Below, piece by piece: positions 49,691 to 55,625 of a stretch of 55,625 nucleotides of DNA. Numbering within the stretch: position 1 is the stretch's first letter; every line of letters starts with the position of its first letter. The stretch lies in NCBI GenBank assembly GCA_000320545.1, contig ADNK01000635.1, forward strand, positions 1-55,625, read 5' to 3'. The position numbers and the translations under genes are program-made. The notes beneath the pieces were generated by a model, which was given only the letters and a program-made list of their open reading frames with translations, was not told the origin of the DNA and made no database searches. This stretch comes from Bigelowiella natans CCMP2755. Lineage: Eukaryota > Protista > Cercozoa.

Positions 49691-50907
49691 CGCTCTCTCT
49701 CTTCCCCCCCCCCTCCCCAAACAATCGTCTCCCAGACCGAAACCGTAGCGGTTTGTTCTTCTGAGTCAAAGATAAAGCCAAAGCTCGCCTCGGCCCCTTC
49801 GCAGGCAAGGACAGGCGGAGCTGATAATGGACGCAAAGCTGGTGAATCGTCATCAAGAAGAATAAGAAGAAGAAGCTCCGAGCAACACTCAGCCTCCCCT
49901 TTGCTAGCCAAACTTAAGAAGCAGGTCCAGGAACAGGAGGTGGAGATTCAAAGGCTGCTCGGCGCTCTCGATGGGGAGAGGCGGAAAAATCGATCCCTGC
50001 AGCTGCAATTAGAGCAGCAGCAAAAAGAGGGCGCCCTGCCAAGAAGAAGTACCTTCAACAGCATCCACACACCTAAGGGAATGAGCGACGCAAGGAAACG
50101 GGCAGCTTCGATAGTGAAGAAGGTGGGGGGCTTGAAGCCCACAGATCCCAATAATGTGTCTCTCGATGGAGTTCAGGCGAAACTCAGACTGAAGAGGAAG
50201 AGGCAGCAGCAGCAGCAGCTCTCCATCAACAGCAGCGGTAAAAGCAGCGCTTGGAAGAAGACAGGAGGAGGCAAGGTTTCAGAGTTTGGTCGAGTATTTG
50301 GTCACATCGATGCTAATTCGGCGAAAGCCAAGGTCCGCCATCATTCACTCTCTTCCCTCTCCCTTTCTCTCTCCCCCCCCCGCCCCGTCTTCCTTCCTCT
50401 CTTCCTCTTCTCACTGAGTGTGTGTACGCACGTGCGCGCGTATCTGTTAAATTAACGGAACAGGCCATAGTTCAGCGCGAATCAGTGAACAAGGATCATT
50501 TGGCAAGAGAAGAGCGTGCAGAATGGTTAAGCAAGTTAGACAAATTGGAGGAGATAGAGAAACTTCAGGAACAGGTCGCATCTATCACTGAGACAAAGGC
50601 CTATGTCTGGCGCTGCGAAAACTGCCATAAAACGCGGGAGAAATTCAACGCGGTCTGCAAGAAGGAGGGTCATAGACAGAAGAAAATCTCAGTCACCCGT
50701 CGCTTCTTCGAATGCACAAAGTGTAGCTGGAGAACCAGTACCATCAAGAACATTCTCCCAGTCATTAGTTGTGGACACTGCGGTGGGAGAAACTACCGGA
50801 AGGCATCTGCGATGAATGTGGCTGCGAAATGCAAGGACATGGTTGAGAATCGGCCAGGTGTTGGAGGGGAAGCGTTTGGCATCGTGTATCCGAGCGAGAA
50901 AAGCTGA
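48082..50907 (+). CDS. MCM10: DNA replication factor MCM10 (exons ~48082-49494, 49736-50332, 50464-50907)
   Basis: EEFSGVRVKNR; OB fold (VIGIVANKS...FAIWRLTD...VFLFGDAF); CCCH finger DFGFCRG...RCKHYIN...FCDVH; C-terminal zinc domain CENC...CKKEGH...RFFECTKC...CGHCG. Confidence 0.92.
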
Positions 50908-52076
50908 TGCATCGGTCAAGGGGCGTACTCCAGCAAATGTGCTCCATGTGCGCGGCACAAATTTGCGCGGCATAAATTTGACTTCCAAACATATTACATA
51001 TGTGCGCAGCACATGCGCTGCATCGTCTATGGCCACCTCAACGTTTCTCTACAAATAAATAGTGCTCCATGCACTGACATGTGCTCCGTGTGTGCATCGC
51101 TAGATCGTTCGTTGACGATTTATAGATTATGAAGCTTCTAGTGATTTACTACTTCTAGACTTGGCCAATCACAAGGCAGACACATTGCTCTCTGGTTCTT
51201 GAATGCAATGAAACTTCCCACGGCTAAATTCTCTGGTCAACTTGCACGCGCCTGCTGCTTGCTTTATTCCCTGTGCATGTGCCCCATCAGTTATATTCGA
51301 CCACGCTAGCACGCTGTCCGAGTCAGCATACATTTGTTGATGTGAACATCGGTTTCATCTAGCTAGCTAGTCATTGTGAGCACTATTCGCACGATGTTTA
51401 CGCATTACAAGTCCCTATGCAGCACGTGCACACGCGTAAAAACACATGCACATGTAAATTGTCCATCCATGTTTAGCTAGATGTGTGCAAAAAGGCACAT
51501 CAAGATGTGTGCACTTTTCACATCCACAGGTGTCCCATGTGCGCACCAAACTGTCACGACACATCCTCTAACGTACAAATAATGTGCATTGCTGCAGTGT
51601 CTGCAATGCGCACGCAAAAATGGCAGCGCGTGCGCAGTTGTGCACCATGTGTTCACGTGTGCGCTGCTTTGTGCTACACATGAGTTTGGAGGCATATATG
51701 AAGTGGTCGATGCACATGTCACAGACCCAACACATGTATATGGACTTACAAGTCCCTACAGCATGATGCACACGTACATGCAGCGCGTGGCACGTGCCGA
51801 GCAGAGATCATCTTTAGCTTTAAAGTTCAGGAGACGACACAATGAGTCATATGCATGTGTATACACGCTTGCATCCCATCATCTAGATAAAGTAAATTGC
51901 TAAATGTGCATATAGTTTGCGCGTTAATATGGATACATGAAGTGCGACAGCATGCTGTGATGCGTAGTTTTGTTCAAGACCAGTAGAGGGAAGAAGCCCA
52001 AAACAGGCAGAAGTGCAATACGACGTAGCATGCTAAAGCTTATGTACTAGCTTGATCATCTATGAAAATCCACTTA

Positions 52077-53719
52077 TTACCACTCGGTCTCATGATAATC
52101 CTTGAAAAACAGGCCAAACAGCGGTGTGCTACTTGTCGCAGCAGCGATGTCGTCTACGCACATGAACACTGGGTCAAGGATGCGAGCGGCTGCATCAATT
52201 TCGTCGATGGGTGTTTGAAAATTGCTCTTCTTTGCGTAATCAGCGGCCTACAATAAGAACCAGTTCCTCACCATGACTTCACACCATACTCTCAACAAAT
52301 TCTAATGGGAGTGGAAAACAGTAATGATTCCTGTCCCGCGACATGACAGTTTCATCGGTATTCTGGATTCATCCGGCACAGCGAAACACCGATTAAAACA
52401 CGTGACGATCAATATGGCGTTGAGATCGAATTACGCGAAGAACTCCGACGAGTTTATTCAGCATAGAGAATTCAGAGACTAATATAATTTTTTATGCTCC
52501 AGCCCTCCCTCTGGTTACTATTAGCTCTTCATAACCCTAACCACAACAACAACTACAACTACTACTACTACTATTACTACTACTACTACTACTACAAAAA
52601 ATTAAAAATAGTGCCTTTTCAATTGGATTCTCATCGTTTATCCAGCCCGTATCAACGGAGTTCATGAGGATGTTCTCCTTTGCGAGCTCCGAGCTACACG
52701 TCCTGAGAGAATTGGTGACGATAAGGAAGAGGTGGGGGGAGAATGTTCAGCTCTGAGAACGACGATGGGGAATCATAATCGTGATGTTCGTAGAAGGTGG
52801 CGATGATCGTTGGATTGGCGCGAAGTAAATACACATCAATTCCAGGCCAGCATCTGCTGTTGCTGGTTCTTCACGTTCATTTGTGCCGTGAACATCTGTG
52901 ACGGTATCCTGCTTTTGATCTCCTCCCACCCCCCCTTCATACTACCTAGCCCCCCCACCTTGTCATCATGTTGAGCGCAGCCTTGGCCATGTTTGTGTGG
53001 GGGTGTGTTGGCAGCTTGTGGCGATAAAACTTTCCCTCCATAGCACTCACCTGCGAGGTTCGTATGATGCAGGAATATGACGGTCTAGCGGTATTCATCC
53101 TCATCATCATCATCATCAACAACAACAACAACAACATCGATTCCTCTTATTCCGTGAAGAAAAATCGCATTTCAAATGGCAAAGTAGCAGCATGGATGCT
53201 GCCGATGATATAAGGAATGACGTTCGGGTACACCATATTTGGGGAAACATCACATGCAGATATGGTAGATGCTGCATGTAGGAGCAAAGAAAACAAATAG
53301 GACGGAAGATGAAGAGAGGATGGATTTATAGATGATTTGCGTTTGTCTGTACGTTGATGATGAACTTTCTCGTGCCAGGTCCAGATTTCTATCACCCCGC
53401 CCCAAAAAGTTAGAATAAATGAAACGAGTGTTCATGTGTCCGTGTAGGGGGGGGAGGGAACGAGGGGAGGGGTGGTAATTAGAATCATAACTTCATATGT
53501 GTATTTGAAAAACACTGCCCACAAACGGCAGGTTGATGAGTACAAATATGGCTGCTCTCCAACTCTAGGATGAGTAAATTAGCGAATACTCACTCGCATG
53601 AACGGTATGAGCTTTGAGTTGAGGACGAAGGGAGCCATCGCGTTAATGACGAAAACCTGTTTGATGGATGTTTCAGCAAGCAAGTTAGCAGTTGATCTCA
53701 GTCTGCCATGGTGAGAGAA

Positions 53720-53761
<42 letters not shown>

Positions 53762-55545
53762 CATACCAAAACCTCACAGAAGGAAGAATTGAAATCGACG
53801 ATTGATCATCGCCATCCACTCCCCCCCCCCCCCCCCCTCCTTCACTCATCACTATTCGTAGGAATAGGGGGTGTTGACCCTCGAAGAAAGCAGCAAATGG
53901 AGAGGGATTGAAGGGCATGACCTCTGCTATTTCCGGTGTCTCTACTTGATCGATCTTGAGCAGCCAACTATTGCACTTTCGCACATCTAGCTGCTGGTTG
54001 TTAACGTCCTTCAGACCAACGGGAAGCTGGCAATATATCGTCCGAGAAAAACGAAGAGAGGAGGGGGGGGAGAAGGAGGAGGAGGAGGAGGAGGAGGAGG
54101 AGGAAGAGGAGGAGAGAGAAAATGACAGCTATAATATATGATGTTGATGATGATGACGAATGATGATGATGGTGGTGATAATCACGGTGACAGGTAGCAG
54201 CAGCATGATGGAGTGGGACGATGCAGTAGTGCCGTGCACAAAGATGTCGCGGAAATGCTGTGCTCTCCATTTGTTATATCATTCTTCTTCTTCTTAATAA
54301 GAAACCTGAGTCGGTCCGCACTTCACATCGTCCTTCGTTAGAGGCATCTGCGAGGACATGAAGCTGCTGCTACTACTACTACTACTACCGCTAGTGATGC
54401 TGATGCTTTGATGATGATGATTATTGCTACATGCAGACTGTTGTGCCGTACAAAGCACGACGTTGGCCTCCCCCCCCTCGGGCAAGGAGTGTGGTGTATC
54501 GTCCCTGGTTTTTTTCCCAGTCTCTTTCTCTCCTTCTCCCTCAGTGGTTTCTCTGCCTTGAACTGATGGGAGGGGGGGACGGAGCCGTCGTTGTGGTTCT
54601 GATTTCTCCAGGCCAATATGCTGCTGCTGCTGCTGCTGCTGCTGCTTTTGGGAAGATACCATTGTACGCTGTCTTGCAAGGAGGGGTGCTATGGCTTGCT
54701 GTTACGCCGACAAAAGGTACATAAGGGGAAAACACAATTTTTTACTTATTATTTGTATTTGATTTTGCGTGAGCGCGCGCGTATTCGTCGAATTGTGTGT
54801 GCGTAGGTGTGTATAGGGGGGGGGGGGGGGGGGAGAACGGGAGACTTCATGAGCAGCACCGGTGTGTGTTTGTGCAGACGTTGCTCCTCCTTTACGAGGC
54901 CAGTGTAGTAACCGGTCGGGCGCCTATAGATCAGTTAGATGATATGTGCCAGTTGTTATCCTCTGAAGAACCAGCATCTGCGCCGAAGGACCATTCGTAT
55001 CTCGCAGAGATCGATTGTGCTAGTCTCATATTCATTTGTAGAAACGTGGGCAAATGGCTCACAGAGATAGGGGAACATAAGATACGCATGCAACGATGCA
55101 TAAGAGTAGTACCGTATGGTCTGACAGGCGTTGTTGATGAGGATGTCAAGTCGAGGATAATCGGTCTTAACGAACGCACAGAATGACTCCAGGGCTTTAG
55201 GTGATTCGATAAGATAAGGAAGAAGAAGGAGAAGGAGGCCAGTGAAGATAATGAGAAACAGATAGGAGGGAGGAGAGAGAAATTGTCCACCGCTCAATGT
55301 GCTACGGCTTTCACTTTGCTGTTGATATATAGCTACTCTTTACTATTGGGGCTATCAATGTAAAAAAGAGGCTATTACCTATCACCATCATCGTGATCAT
55401 CATGATCATCATCATAATTATCAGAAGCGGCAGCAGCAAGCAAGGTAGCTAGACATATAGACGAACATCACCGGCAACATTCCTGAAGTCCAAGCCATAG
55501 ATGTCAAGACGCCCTTTCCATGTCGCAAAGTCGGATTCCTGGGAG
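52077..55545 (-). CDS. Short-chain dehydrogenase/reductase, 5' end outside the window (multi-exon)
   Basis: [13 protein letters not shown] | [15 protein letters not shown] | [12 protein letters not shown] | [13 protein letters not shown] | [12 protein letters not shown]...[16 protein letters not shown] | [14 protein letters not shown] | [14 protein letters not shown]...[10 protein letters not shown]. Confidence 0.88.
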
Positions 55546-55625
55546 AGAAAGGGATAGAACGGGAGAGGAGGGGGGGGGGGAGGAGTAGAAAGAGACAGTA
55601 AGAGAAAGGAGAGAGAAGGAAGAGG

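Overview
Eukaryotic nuclear DNA from an intron-dense protist-like genome with GT-AG introns full of microsatellites. A chlorarachniophyte-type alga is plausible but is only an inference. Spliced by eye, the window holds these genes: an uncharacterised signal-peptide protein, PEX11, TBC1D31 (WD40 + TBC), an F-box-like/kinesin fusion, a tyrosine-kinase-type kinase with Sel1 repeats and a ubiquitin-like tail (frameshifted), an ankyrin-repeat protein, an FtsJ/RlmM-like methyltransferase, an SLC17-type MFS transporter, a papain-like C1 peptidase, a head-to-head pair of intronless DUF2828/vWA proteins, MCM10 and a 5'-truncated SDR. The most striking signal is non-genic. Three intergenic blocks (~5.95-7.1, ~9.03-10.62, ~46.56-47.83 kb) have almost no TpA while CpG is kept, and the surviving TAs are mostly in CTAG/TAG. 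Paralogous repeat copies differ by TA/TG/CA swaps at aligned positions. All three blocks carry a related short repeat near the end facing a host gene start, 200-400 bp upstream and in divergent orientation. This looks like localised, RIP-like A-to-G (TpA->TpG/CpA) hypermutation of repeats. The second highlight is the DUF2828 pair: one copy has RGG and RanBP2-type zinc-finger additions, and hairpins lie in the shared spacer. Exon boundaries and dinucleotide counts were read by eye and need computational confirmation.
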